Below, piece by piece: positions 1 to 9,791 of a stretch of DNA of 43,085 bases; within the stretch, counting starts at the first letter, position 1; each line of letters starts with the position of its first letter. The notes below the pieces were generated by a model that worked only from the letters and a program-made list of their open reading frames with translations, was not told the origin of the DNA and made no database searches. This stretch comes from a bacterium (GTDB lineage Bacteria > Patescibacteriota > Saccharimonadia > CAILAD01 > BJGX01). Made by a program: the position numbers and the translations under genes. The stretch spans positions 1-43,085 of the forward strand of contig JBAXPC010000003.1 in NCBI GenBank assembly GCA_037132395.1, given 5' to 3'.

Positions 1-1376
1 TAAAAGCCGGCAAGTGTGTGATTTATGTAATGAGCCGCGATCAAAGAGTTCACGATAACCATGCTTTGTTACGGGCTCAGCAGATTGCGCTCGAGAACAA
101 GCTTCCTCTAGTTGCTGTTTTTAACCTTTTATCAAAATCAGGCGACAGAGCCAGAGAACATTATCAATTTATGATAGCCGGTCTTAGGCTAGTTGAGTCA
201 GATCTCAGAGCGCACGATATTGAGTTTACTCTATTTTTTGAAGATCATGCCGCGGGACTTCTGGAGCAGTTAAATAAATTGCAACCAGCCGCCATAGTTT
301 TTGACTTTAGTCCGCTAAAAGGTCCTATAAACACCAAGAATTATATCGCAGATAATGCTGATTGTAGTGTAGAGGAGGTTGACACTCATAATATTATCCC
401 AATCTGGATAGCCTCTGAGCATGAAGAATTTGCTGCCCACACCTTCCGTAGGAAAGTGCATCTAAAGCTTATAAATTGGCTTGAGGAGCCACCAAAACTT
501 CTTAAGCACAGTATTGCAATGAAGCCAAGCCTGAAAGCTGATTGGGATCGCGCCGCTAAGATTGTGCAAAAAATAGATACAAACGGCACGACTGTTAATT
601 ATGAAGCTGGGTCGGAAGCGGCTTTGGCTCATCTTAAAGGATTTATTAAAACCCGTCTAGCCGGCTATGCTGGTGACCGCAATAATCCTAACATCGATGG
701 ACTAAGCGGGCTTAGCCCTTACCTACACTATGGTCAAATATCATCCTTGCGAGCAGCTCTTGAGCTTACCCATAACCACACTCCGCTACTAATTAAAGAG
801 CCGCGATTAGCTAAATATGAAGGCCAGCCAACCATTGGCGATAGTATAGATGCTCTACTCGAAGAGCTTATAGTACGCAAAGAACTGGCCGACAATTATT
901 GTTATTACAACTCAAACTATAAAAAACTCGCAGGTGCTAAAGACTGGGCCAAGAAGACTCTTGCTGAGCACGAACACGACGAACGCGAATACCTGTATAG
1001 CCTAAAAGAGCTTGAAAATTTGAATACTCACGACGGAGCCTGGAATGCCGCCCAATCGCAGCTCGCCAAAACTGGCAAGATGCACGGCTACATGCGTATG
1101 TACTGGGCAAAAAAAATACTCGAGTGGAGTGAAAGCCCTCATCAAGCAGTAGAGCATGCCAATTATCTCAACGACCATTACTCAATCGACGGCGGCGACC
1201 CCAACGGCTATGTGGGTGTGCTATGGTCGATTGCCGGCTTACACGACAGAGCATGGTTTAGTAGGCCAGTATTTGGAAAAATTCGCTACATGAATTATAA
1301 CGGCTTAAAGAATAAGTTTGATATCAAGGCTTATGAGGCGAAGTGGACTAGTGCTAGCTCAGACCAATCAAAATAG
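1..1376 (+). CDS. phrB: Class II CPD photolyase (deoxyribodipyrimidine photo-lyase), probably 5'-truncated by the window edge
   Basis: Motifs YVMSRDQRVHDNHAL, SGLSPYLHYGQIS, EELIVRKELADN, GKMHGYMRMYWAKKILEW, DGGDPNGY. The frame is open upstream of the called GTG at 18. Confidence 0.93.
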   Translation, partial: KAGKCVIYVMSRDQRVHDNHALLRAQQIALENKLPLVAVFNLLSKSGDRAREHYQFMIAGLRLVESDLRAHDIEFTLFFEDHAAGLLEQLNKLQPAAIVFDFSPLKGPINTKNYIADNADCSVEEVDTHNIIPIWIASEHEEFAAHTFRRKVHLKLINWLEEPPKLLKHSIAMKPSLKADWDRAAKIVQKIDTNGTTVNYEAGSEAALAHLKGFIKTRLAGYAGDRNNPNIDGLSGLSPYLHYGQISSLRAALELTHNHTPLLIKEPRLAKYEGQPTIGDSIDALLEELIVRKELADNYCYYNSNYKKLAGAKDWAKKTLAEHEHDEREYLYSLKELENLNTHDGAWNAAQSQLAKTGKMHGYMRMYWAKKILEWSESPHQAVEHANYLNDHYSIDGGDPNGYVGVLWSIAGLHDRAWFSRPVFGKIRYMNYNGLKNKFDIKAYEAKWTSASSDQSK

Positions 1377-2220
1377 CTCCGAGCACCATTATGGCAGCAC
1401 CCTTGAGCCTAAAGAGTGCTCGGTTTTCCTTTAGTACAAAATAGGCCAGAATTACCGCAAGCACCGAGCTTAGTCTTTTGATTGATAATACATAGGTCAC
1501 TAGCGCGGTTTGAAGGGCTAGTAGTTGAAGGTAAATGGCCGATATACTAAAAAAGGCCGAAGCCAGTAGCAGCAGCTTGTTGTCTTTTAATTTCACCAAC
1601 TCCCGTCGTCTCTTAATAAGCACTATCGGTAGTAAAAAAATAAATATAAAAAAATAAACGTAAAATATCCAGACTCCCAAAGCAGTAATCTTTAAGCCGC
1701 CTTTATCGAAAACTGAAACTAGGGCATACAGCGCCGCAGCCAGAACTCCCAGTAGTGCAGGTTTATAGCTGACTATTCTCTTTGCTATTGAGCCGATTGT
1801 CTCGTTTGGGTTCTTGTCTAGCAAAATACCACCCAACACTATCAGGACTATACCAATAAGGCCAAGGGGGCTAGGAGTCTCTTTGAGGAAAAATATAGCA
1901 ATTATTAGTATTAGCAGAGGAGTAATGGTCTGGATTGGGGCAATCAGCGAGAGGTCTCCTTTGCGGAATGACATCAGCAGTATTACGCCTGCCGCCGCCG
2001 TAGCCGCCGCTGTAATTATCAACAGCAACAACAGCTCACTACTGACTGGGAATAGCTTTTGGCTAGTAACGACGGCAAGTATCAAAAAAGCCAAAGTACC
2101 AAAACCATGTATGAACAACGATACCGACATGGGATCTTGCTTTTTAGAAATAAGCTTCTTATTAGTAAGGCTTGCGATACTATCGCTAAGTGCGCACAAT
2201 AGAGAATATACAATCCACAT
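1354..2220 (-). CDS. EamA/DMT family transporter
   Basis: About 10 hydrophobic segments in two repeats, with GDLSLIAPI and FFLKE motifs. Start set at ATG 2220, 7 nt after a TACTAT -10 box. Confidence 0.85.
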   Translation of the reverse strand: MWIVYSLLCALSDSIASLTNKKLISKKQDPMSVSLFIHGFGTLAFLILAVVTSQKLFPVSSELLLLLIITAAATAAAGVILLMSFRKGDLSLIAPIQTITPLLILIIAIFFLKETPSPLGLIGIVLIVLGGILLDKNPNETIGSIAKRIVSYKPALLGVLAAALYALVSVFDKGGLKITALGVWIFYVYFFIFIFLLPIVLIKRRRELVKLKDNKLLLLASAFFSISAIYLQLLALQTALVTYVLSIKRLSSVLAVILAYFVLKENRALFRLKGAAIMVLGAILIGLS

Positions 2221-2285
2221 ACTATCAATAGTACTTACAAATAAACATAAGAGCAAACAGCAAGAGCTAGTAGCTAGGGTTAATT

Positions 2286-2310
2286 AAGGCCCCGGTAATC
2301 CCGGAGCCTT
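2286..2310 (-). terminator. Hairpin, probable terminator of the 2333-2605 gene
   Basis: Minus strand AAGGCTCCGG-GATTA-CCGGGGCCTT; the U-tract is weak. Confidence 0.5.
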
Positions 2311-2332
2311 TAAAAAAATAAAGGTTAAAAAA

Positions 2333-2605
2333 TTATAACTTGCTGCGCTCGCTCCACTCGTCAATATCTTGAGACCACTGCGTGGTGTTGTCACAAATCT
2401 CACTGAGAGTTGCGATGCCTATATTCCACGGTGGACTCTTGAGGCTAGCTGAGCATATGCGGGCTTCCATAAGGAACTTTCCTTGGCCTGGCTTATTGCT
2501 GTGTTGGGCCAGCAGCTTTTCGATTGCAATAAACTCTTGTAGGATTTCAGCGAGCATAGTAGCTTGGTAGCTGGTGAGTTCGCCTAGCAGGTCCGTGAAT
2601 TTCAT
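2333..2605 (-). CDS. Hypothetical protein (~90 aa), divergent from uvrC
   Basis: ORF starting MKFTDLLGEL preceded by an AGGAG Shine-Dalgarno on the minus strand. No recognisable family. Confidence 0.55.
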   Translation of the reverse strand: MKFTDLLGELTSYQATMLAEILQEFIAIEKLLAQHSNKPGQGKFLMEARICSASLKSPPWNIGIATLSEICDNTTQWSQDIDEWSERSKL

Positions 2606-2714
2606 TTTGCTCCTATGTTTTTTTGAGGTACGGATATCCTTAATATACAACTTTTTACATAAAAAGCAATAGCTAGGAGTGAGCATAACCAAACATAAGG
2701 TATAATGATAAATA

Positions 2715-4154
2715 ATGAAATCAATCAAACAACAGCTCCAAAGCCTACCAACTACACCAGGTGTCTACTTTTTTAAGGATAAAAAAGGGCACATTATTTA
2801 TATTGGAAAAGCCTCGGTACTCAAAAGGCGAGTCAGCTCGTATTTTGCTAAAAACCACAAAGACCAGAAAACTCCACTGCTGGTCAAAAATATTGCCGAC
2901 ATTGACTGGATAGAAACTTCTTCAGAGGTAGATGCCCTATTCCTGGAGGCAGAGTTTATAAAGCGTCATAAGCCTCTGTATAATGTCAGAGAGAAAGACG
3001 ACAAGAACTTCATATTTATCCGTATAACGATGCAAGAAGACTTTCCTACGGTAAGCTTAGTCCGCCGACCGGCCGACGACAAGTCGCGCTACTTCGGGCC
3101 TTTCGTACAAAGCTATGGTGTGCGCCAGGCCTTAAGATACCTGCGTAAGGTTTTCCCATATTTTGTTAAAGACAAACACAAATACAGCTCCAAGCTAGAA
3201 TACCAAATTGGCGTGCTCCCGAAGCCAGATATATCGAAGTCCGACTACCGCAAGCAGATAAGAAAGCTGGTGCTGGTTCTAGAGGGCAAAAGTACCCAGC
3301 TTATCGATCAGCTACAAAAAGACATCGGCAAATTATCTAAAAAACGTAGCTATGAAGAAGCCGCAGAGCTCAGGAATCAATTCTTGGCTCTGAAGACATT
3401 AAATAGCAGAGTTATCTTTGGGGGAGAAGAAAAAATTACCATCGGGGTAGACTCGGCTCTTTTTGAACTCGCGCAGCTACTAGAGCTCAAACAATCCCCA
3501 CGCCGAATCGAATGTTATGATATCAGTAATTTTGCTGGCGGAGACAGCGTCAGTTCGATGGTGGTATTCTCTGATGGCTTACCAGACACTAAAGCTTACA
3601 GGCATTTTAAGATGCGAACTCGTGGCCCAAATGATTTTGCAATGATGCAAGAAACACTAACTAGGCGGTTTTCGGAGCGCAATAAAGCCTGGCCAAAACC
3701 TGATTTAATTATAGTAGATGGCGGCAAAGGCCAGCTTTCGAGCTCCAAAAAAACCCTCGATAGTATGGGCGTAAAGGTTTTGGCCGTAGGCTTGGCAAAA
3801 CGCTTTGAGACGCTAGTAGTTGATTCTGAGGATATTAGCCCGAGTATCAGGCTGCGCAAAGAAGGGGGCTATTATATGTTTAATTTTGAAGCTAATTCGG
3901 CGCTTCTTCACTTGCTGCAGCGCGTTCGCGACGAGGCCCACCGTTTTGCTGTTGGCTACCATACCAATCTCAGAAATACACGCACCAAACGCTCAATACT
4001 GGACGATATAGACGGAGTCGGACCAGCCACACGCAAAAAACTTATTAGGGCCTTCGGCAGTGTGGTTGGTATAAAACAAGCGTCCCAGGCTGATATTGCC
4101 AAAGTTGTAGGCGATTCTAAGGCCCAATCTATAATTTCTCAGCTACAGCAATAA
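2715..4154 (+). CDS. uvrC: Excinuclease ABC subunit C
   Basis: GIY-YIG N-terminus (PGVYFF..IYIGKA), UVR coil, RNase H-like domain (RIECYDISN, PDLIIVDGGKGQ, RDEAHRFA), C-terminal HhH. Confidence 0.96.
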   Translation: MKSIKQQLQSLPTTPGVYFFKDKKGHIIYIGKASVLKRRVSSYFAKNHKDQKTPLLVKNIADIDWIETSSEVDALFLEAEFIKRHKPLYNVREKDDKNFIFIRITMQEDFPTVSLVRRPADDKSRYFGPFVQSYGVRQALRYLRKVFPYFVKDKHKYSSKLEYQIGVLPKPDISKSDYRKQIRKLVLVLEGKSTQLIDQLQKDIGKLSKKRSYEEAAELRNQFLALKTLNSRVIFGGEEKITIGVDSALFELAQLLELKQSPRRIECYDISNFAGGDSVSSMVVFSDGLPDTKAYRHFKMRTRGPNDFAMMQETLTRRFSERNKAWPKPDLIIVDGGKGQLSSSKKTLDSMGVKVLAVGLAKRFETLVVDSEDISPSIRLRKEGGYYMFNFEANSALLHLLQRVRDEAHRFAVGYHTNLRNTRTKRSILDDIDGVGPATRKKLIRAFGSVVGIKQASQADIAKVVGDSKAQSIISQLQQ

Positions 4155-4191
4155 CTATCATCTTATCTGTTAATATGCTAAAATATAGCTC

Positions 4192-4545
4192 GTGATTAAA
4201 AGATTTTTATTTACATGGCTAGCAAACTTTATAGGTTTATTAGTGGCCTCCACGCTGCTAAGTGGTATCAATGCCGATAGCCTGTGGGTGGTAGTAATAG
4301 CCAGCCTGATATTTGGTATTATAAACGCAGTCCTAAAGCCGGCGCTAGTGATATTGAGCCTACCTTTTATAGTAATAACTTTTGGCTTTTTTAGCTTAGT
4401 GATCAATGCAATGTTACTTTATTTCACAAGCGCCATCTACAAGCCCTTCCATGTTACATCTGTTATGTCGGCGGTGGTAGCGGTTATTGTGGTTTGGCTT
4501 GCTAACTACGCCCTGAGCTTTATAATTGATAGAGACAAAATATGA
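4192..4545 (+). CDS. Phage holin family 4 / YvlD-like membrane protein
   Basis: Four TM segments with the INAVLKP..LSLP..ITFG.F.LVINA signature. Confidence 0.85.
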   Translation: MIKRFLFTWLANFIGLLVASTLLSGINADSLWVVVIASLIFGIINAVLKPALVILSLPFIVITFGFFSLVINAMLLYFTSAIYKPFHVTSVMSAVVAVIVVWLANYALSFIIDRDKI

Positions 4546-4760
4546 AAACCTTCTTACAATCAGCTCTAATAGTAATATCAGTTCTTATAACAATATCCGT
4601 GCTGATGCAAAATCAAGGCTCCGGACTAGGAACTGCATTTGGTGGAGAAACCAACTTTTACCGTACAAAAAGAGGAGCCGAAAAGTTTTTATTCTATGGC
4701 ACTATTGTGCTGGGCGTTAGTTTTGTAGCGTGTATAGTTGGACTACTAATAATTAAATAA
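4542..4760 (+). CDS. secG: Preprotein translocase subunit SecG
   Basis: Two TMs around VLMQ..GSGLG.AFGG...RTKRGAEK. Confidence 0.92.
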   Translation: MKTFLQSALIVISVLITISVLMQNQGSGLGTAFGGETNFYRTKRGAEKFLFYGTIVLGVSFVACIVGLLIIK

Positions 4761-4766
4761 AACAAA

Positions 4767-6473
4767 ATGAGTTCTTATACTGGATTTACTTTTCATAGGA
4801 AGTTTAGGGGTCTGAGCAGGAAGTCTAAACTCTGGCGCGCCTGGACAATCAACTACCTGAATAGACATATCTTTGGATCCTGGCAGAAACTTGGTAATGT
4901 ACGTTGGGCTTTTCTGGCGTGGATATTTATAGTGCTAGTCTCTTTTTGGGGAATGGTATGGCAGTTGCAAGGCTCCGGATTATCGAGCCAGATAGAGAAG
5001 CCAGTCAGGGGTGGGTTGTACCGAGAAGCAATATTAGGACAAGCTAAGAGCATTAATCCCTTATTCCCAGAAAGCTCAGCTAGTGCCGATGTTTCAAGCC
5101 TAGTATTTAGCGGCTTGACTAAGTTCAATGGCAAGCGCGAGATTACACCTGATCTGGCGGAACGCTGGGAAATTAGCGCCGACCGTAAGGTATATACTTT
5201 TTTTCTTCGACCTAACCTCGTTTGGCAAGATGGAGTTAAACTAACAGCTCATGATATCGCCTTTACTATCGACCGAGTAAAAAACCCCGACACTAGAAGC
5301 AGCTTTGCATCGAATTGGAGCGGGGTTGAATATACGGTAATAGATGATGGAACTATTAAGTTTAGCTTGCCTTCTTCGTATGGTAATTTTTTGTCTAATA
5401 CTACGCTTGGTGTATTGCCTAAGCACAAACTCGAAACAGTTGCGCCATCGAACATGAGATCCTCCGAGTTTAATCAAAAACCAGTCGGCAGCGGGCCGTA
5501 TAAGCTGAGTCTTCTGGAAGTCGACAGTACAGTTGTGGAGTTAGAAGCAAATGAAAAATACTATATTCATGAGCCTTATATACCAAAAATAAGGATTGAG
5601 CTCTTTCAGGATCAAACCCAAATGGTCGATGCCCTAATTCGCAGGCAGGTTGATGCCGTATCTCAAGTTTTGCCAGGTGATGTTTCTACGGTAGAAAAAA
5701 TAGAAGGTATCGTAGACCACCGTATTGGGCTACCTGCATATGTTGGGGCTTTTTTTAACCTCAACTCTTCCGTGCTCTCTAATCTATCCGTAAGGCAGTC
5801 ATTGGCTTATTCAATAGACAGAGACGTAATAGTCAAAGACATACTTAAGGGCGAAGCCGTTCAATCGTACTACCCAATTCCAGCAGGCTTCGTAGGTTTT
5901 AACCCATTGGCCACAAAGTACAATTTTAATTACCCTAAAGCTAAAGAGCTATTTGACCAAAATACCACTGCCAAACAAAGTATAAGAATCGTCACCCTCG
6001 ATAACCCAGTTTATAAAAATGTTGCTAATTATCTCGCAGAAAGCTGGCGTAAATTAGGCCTTAATGTCGAAGTAATTGCAGCCAACTCAATAGAGCTCCA
6101 ACAAAATTATATTCGCAGCAGAAACTACGATGTTTTACTTTACGGACAAAACCTGGGTATCGATTCGGATGTATACAGCTTTTGGCATTCCAGCCAAATT
6201 AGCGACCCAGGCCTGAATGTCTCACTTTATAAAAATTCTGATGTCGATAAATTGTTAGAGGCTGGGCGATTAGCAAAGGACCCCACATATAAAGCAAGCA
6301 GGTATTCTGCCTTTGTAGAGCAGTGGGCTAAAGATCTGCCAGCAGTGGTCCTGTACAGTCCGTACTATAACTATCCGCAGAGCGAGCTTGTAAGTGGCTT
6401 TGATGCCAATAAAATTGCTGAGCCTAGCAATCGCTTTTATAATGTCTATGATTGGTATATAAAATCTAGGTAG
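4767..6473 (+). CDS. Peptide ABC transporter substrate-binding protein (SBP family 5) with N-terminal membrane anchor
   Basis: PDLAERWEISADRKVYTFFLR..WQDG..LTAHDIAFT, PVGSGPYK. No permease or ATPase genes nearby. Confidence 0.9.
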   Translation: MSSYTGFTFHRKFRGLSRKSKLWRAWTINYLNRHIFGSWQKLGNVRWAFLAWIFIVLVSFWGMVWQLQGSGLSSQIEKPVRGGLYREAILGQAKSINPLFPESSASADVSSLVFSGLTKFNGKREITPDLAERWEISADRKVYTFFLRPNLVWQDGVKLTAHDIAFTIDRVKNPDTRSSFASNWSGVEYTVIDDGTIKFSLPSSYGNFLSNTTLGVLPKHKLETVAPSNMRSSEFNQKPVGSGPYKLSLLEVDSTVVELEANEKYYIHEPYIPKIRIELFQDQTQMVDALIRRQVDAVSQVLPGDVSTVEKIEGIVDHRIGLPAYVGAFFNLNSSVLSNLSVRQSLAYSIDRDVIVKDILKGEAVQSYYPIPAGFVGFNPLATKYNFNYPKAKELFDQNTTAKQSIRIVTLDNPVYKNVANYLAESWRKLGLNVEVIAANSIELQQNYIRSRNYDVLLYGQNLGIDSDVYSFWHSSQISDPGLNVSLYKNSDVDKLLEAGRLAKDPTYKASRYSAFVEQWAKDLPAVVLYSPYYNYPQSELVSGFDANKIAEPSNRFYNVYDWYIKSR

Positions 6474-6478
6474 TACGA

Positions 6479-7348
6479 TTATTTGGTGTAGTAAAAGTTG
6501 TAGCCAGTATCATTTTGTCTATCCCAATTGAACTCTGGCCTAAAGAGGTACCATATGCTGTGGTAGGTATCGACGCCAGCCCTTTGGCTTTCGTAGGTAG
6601 GCTTGTCATTAGTTTCGATATTATTATTGGTTCTAGTTAGTTTTGCCCCTGCTGGAATACCTTCGATTGGCCTAATACAAAACGAGGCATCTAGCGGTAT
6701 AGTGATATTATATCGACCTTCTGTATTAGTGACGGCGGTCTTTCCGTTAATGCAGGTATCGAGCTTGACATTGGCAAGCGGCAAGTCGTTTAGGGTTATT
6801 TTTCCGCTGATTATCACATTATAGGATTCAGATGGCAATCCGAATGGGTTGGCCGGCAATATCGGTGCCGAGGGGATACCCGAAACAGATTGTTCGGAAT
6901 TAGCCTGGGCAAAGGTGGTGCCTTTGATCCAGCAATGGTAGCTAGCATTCCAGGGTTGGGTTCCGCGTTGTGCAAAAGTGTTATTAAAGGCCATTTCCTG
7001 AATATCACCAGGTGCTAAATAGGCTTGCGGGTATTGTGCTGCAAGTTCGGCACCAACAGCACTGCGCCAGGTACCCGAATCGTATTGGTACTTGCCGGTA
7101 TGGCCGCTAGGGCCAATCCTGTCATATCGCCCCCCAGACTCACAGTAGCCAATTTTGTCGCGCCAAAAGTCTGGGTCGGTACCAAAAACTGGTATACCGC
7201 TGGCGGCAAATGAGCTATAAACTAAGTACAGACCAGCTATAATAAAAAAACTCAAAAAGGAAATAATGACAGGTTTTTTCGAAAGAGCAGTCTTAAATGA
7301 TGAATAACTCTTCGATGACTTTGTTGATTTTTTTGTTGGGCGCTTCAT
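6479..7348 (-). CDS. Membrane-anchored Rpf-like (lysozyme-fold) transglycosylase with C-terminal beta-rich domain
   Basis: N-terminal TM, then IGYCESGG..G..GKYQY...TW...AP..IQ...RGTQPW....C, matching the Rpf catalytic pattern (CESGG glutamate). Confidence 0.8.
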   Translation of the reverse strand: MKRPTKKSTKSSKSYSSFKTALSKKPVIISFLSFFIIAGLYLVYSSFAASGIPVFGTDPDFWRDKIGYCESGGRYDRIGPSGHTGKYQYDSGTWRSAVGAELAAQYPQAYLAPGDIQEMAFNNTFAQRGTQPWNASYHCWIKGTTFAQANSEQSVSGIPSAPILPANPFGLPSESYNVIISGKITLNDLPLANVKLDTCINGKTAVTNTEGRYNITIPLDASFCIRPIEGIPAGAKLTRTNNNIETNDKPTYESQRAGVDTYHSIWYLFRPEFNWDRQNDTGYNFYYTK

Positions 7349-7431
7349 TACACTTATGTATTATTTTAATTGACTAACAAAATAAGTCAAATGGGTTTTT
7401 AATATCGCCCAAAGTTGCTATGCTATTAGGT

Positions 7432-9069
7432 ATGAGCAACATACTTAAAGATTTAAAAGAAAAACTCGATGGCGAAGTCGCAATCGATACCCAAACCAGA
7501 GACTACTTTTCGACCGACGGCAGTATTTTTAAGGTTACACCAAGATTGGTGATTTATCCACGCAACGAAAAAGACGTAATTGAAACTTTGAGGTTTAATT
7601 ATAATTTGCTCGATAGCAATCGAGCCCTGACAGTTACAGCCCGCGGCAAGGGAACCGACCAAGGAGGGGGCTCGCTATCAGAGGGAATCAGCCTGGTCTT
7701 TCCGGCCCATATGCGCAAGTTAGTAGCTATCGACAGCCAAACCGTTACGGTGCAGCCCGGTATGATCTACTCTAACCTCGAAGATGTACTCAATAGTCAC
7801 GGTCGATTTTTGCCACCCTACCCTGCCAGTAGGGACTTTTGTAGTATCGGCGGGGCCATCGCCAATAATTCGTCTGGCGAAAAAACCTTCAAGTACGGAG
7901 CAACCCGCAAATACGTCGATTCGCTAAGGGTAGTTTTGTATAACGGCGATGTCATCGAGACTAGCCGTATCAACAAAAAAGAGCTTAAGCAGAAAAAAAA
8001 GCTCCAAGATCTAGAAGGGCAAATATATCGTGAGCTCGATGATTTGCTTGAAAACAACAAGCAGCTTATTGAAGCGAGCAGACCCAAGACATCTAAAAAC
8101 TCAGCCGGCTATGATTTGTGGGATATCAAGCGCAAGGATGGTAGCTTTGATCTCTCGCAGTTAATTGTCGGATCTCAAAGTACTCTGGGAATAATAACCG
8201 AAGCAAAACTTATTCATGTGGCCTATAATCCTAAAACCACTCTTTTGGTAGGATATTTTGATAGCATCAAAAAGCTGCAGCAGGCAGTTTTTGAGATATC
8301 CCCGTTGGCACCGAGTGCTCAGGAGCTAGTTGATGACAATGTGCTGAAGTTTGTTTTAGAAAAGCACCCCGAGATGATCAAAAACCTCCTGCCCGAGCAA
8401 ATGCCAAAGTTTGTTTTGCTAGTTGAGTTTGATGATATCAAGCCAAAAGTACAGGCCAAAAGTGCCGAACGAGCTAACACAATTTTACAAAAATACGCTT
8501 ACCACCAAAAAATTAGCTCGAACAAGCTCGAGCAAGATCAGCTCTGGAAAATCCGCCGCCAAGCGGCAGCTTTAATTTGGACCCAGCAGGGCCCCAAAAA
8601 AGCCCTACCGATTATCGAAGACGGAGTAGTGCCACTAGATAAGTTTGAAGATTTCGTAGAGAAAGCTTATGTAATTTTAGATAAGTATAAGGTTAAAGAT
8701 GCAATCTGGGGGCACGCTGGCAACGGGCATTTGCACATTCAGCCATTTATGGACCTCGGCAATATCCGCGACCGGCACAAGGTCTATGCCCTGAGCGATG
8801 AATATTATAAGATGGTCTTGAGCTTAGGCGGGAGCATATCTGGTGAGCACAACGATGGCATTATGAGAGGGTCTTACTTGCGCCAAATGTATGGCCCAGA
8901 AACATACGGGCTCTTCAAGCAAGTCAAGAAGCTGTTTGACCCAAACAACCTGCTCAACCCCAGAAGCAAACTAGGCTCAACCAAGGAGTATGGCATGGTG
9001 CACTTGCGCAAAGAGTATTCGATGAAGCACCTCCTGGAACACCTGCCAGGGCTGGCGTCGTTCCCTTAG
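7432..9069 (+). CDS. FAD-linked oxidase/dehydrogenase (GlcD / D-lactate dehydrogenase-like)
   Basis: ARGKGT..GG, VQPG, SIGGAIANNSSG, GHAGNGHLH, GGSISGEHNDG, FDPNNLLNP. Confidence 0.88.
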   Translation: MSNILKDLKEKLDGEVAIDTQTRDYFSTDGSIFKVTPRLVIYPRNEKDVIETLRFNYNLLDSNRALTVTARGKGTDQGGGSLSEGISLVFPAHMRKLVAIDSQTVTVQPGMIYSNLEDVLNSHGRFLPPYPASRDFCSIGGAIANNSSGEKTFKYGATRKYVDSLRVVLYNGDVIETSRINKKELKQKKKLQDLEGQIYRELDDLLENNKQLIEASRPKTSKNSAGYDLWDIKRKDGSFDLSQLIVGSQSTLGIITEAKLIHVAYNPKTTLLVGYFDSIKKLQQAVFEISPLAPSAQELVDDNVLKFVLEKHPEMIKNLLPEQMPKFVLLVEFDDIKPKVQAKSAERANTILQKYAYHQKISSNKLEQDQLWKIRRQAAALIWTQQGPKKALPIIEDGVVPLDKFEDFVEKAYVILDKYKVKDAIWGHAGNGHLHIQPFMDLGNIRDRHKVYALSDEYYKMVLSLGGSISGEHNDGIMRGSYLRQMYGPETYGLFKQVKKLFDPNNLLNPRSKLGSTKEYGMVHLRKEYSMKHLLEHLPGLASFP

Positions 9070-9167
9070 AGGCTTATCAAGATTAGTTATTTAATATATA
9101 ATACTCGGAGTTAAGACTAGCCCCTCCAAGTAATGTTGGGGAGCTATTGAGAACTTAATAAGTTTAA

Positions 9168-9258
9168 GCCGCGGTGGTGGAATTGGTAGACACGCTAGCT
9201 TGAGGGGCTAGTGCCTAATATATCAGGCGTGGAAGTTCGAGTCTTCTTCGCGGCACCA
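9168..9258 (+). tRNA. tRNA-Leu(GAG)
   Basis: Cloverleaf with anticodon arm CTAGC-TTGAGGG-GCTAG, long variable arm, TTCGAGT loop, encoded CCA. Confidence 0.95.
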
Positions 9259-9267
9259 AATAAGAAT

Positions 9268-9303
9268 AAAAAACTCACAGTAATTATTTATTGTGAGTTT
9301 TTT
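9268..9303. terminator. Bidirectional intrinsic terminator
   Basis: AAAAAACTCACAGTAA...TTATTGTGAGTTTTTT between the tRNA and a convergent CDS. Confidence 0.8.
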
Positions 9304-9312
9304 GATTGCCAA

Positions 9313-9756
9313 TTATTTATTAGGAATAAATTTTTGCTTGGGATCTTCGGGGAAGTTTACTTCATCCCAAGTATAAATTTCAGTTGGTCTAAATACCCAG
9401 TATGCTCTACCTTCTGGATCTTTCATTCTCATTTCTGTTAAATCGTAATCCTTTTGGCCGAATCTTTTTTGGTAAAGATCATGTACCTTTTTCAGTTCAT
9501 TGCCATCAACTTCATAAGAATTTCCTATAATTTGAAGTGCCTGTTTTTTATCTACATCTTTTACTATGGTGACTGAGCTTTTGCTTTCTTTTTGTATGTC
9601 TAGAGAGTGCTTGCGTGAGCGGCCGGAAGTCCAGTACAAGTTAAAGTTGTCATCATAAATATAATAGACTGTACAGATCCAAGGCTGACCATCAGAGACT
9701 GTTGCTAGTTGCATGTCTATCTTATTTTCTAGGTATTCTTTTATAAGTTTTTCCAT
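9313..9756 (-). CDS. Pyridoxamine 5'-phosphate oxidase family (FMN-binding split barrel) protein
   Basis: MQLATV..GQPWICTVYY...NLYW.S...RKHS..I pattern. Confidence 0.82.
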   Translation of the reverse strand: MEKLIKEYLENKIDMQLATVSDGQPWICTVYYIYDDNFNLYWTSGRSRKHSLDIQKESKSSVTIVKDVDKKQALQIIGNSYEVDGNELKKVHDLYQKRFGQKDYDLTEMRMKDPEGRAYWVFRPTEIYTWDEVNFPEDPKQKFIPNK

Positions 9757-9791
9757 AAGGTGATTATATCATGAGCTAATTAAGTTAAATA

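Noticed and set aside
4192-4545. Prophage suggested by the holin-family gene
   Set aside because: This family is a common chromosomal membrane protein; no phage structural, lysis or integrase genes nearby.
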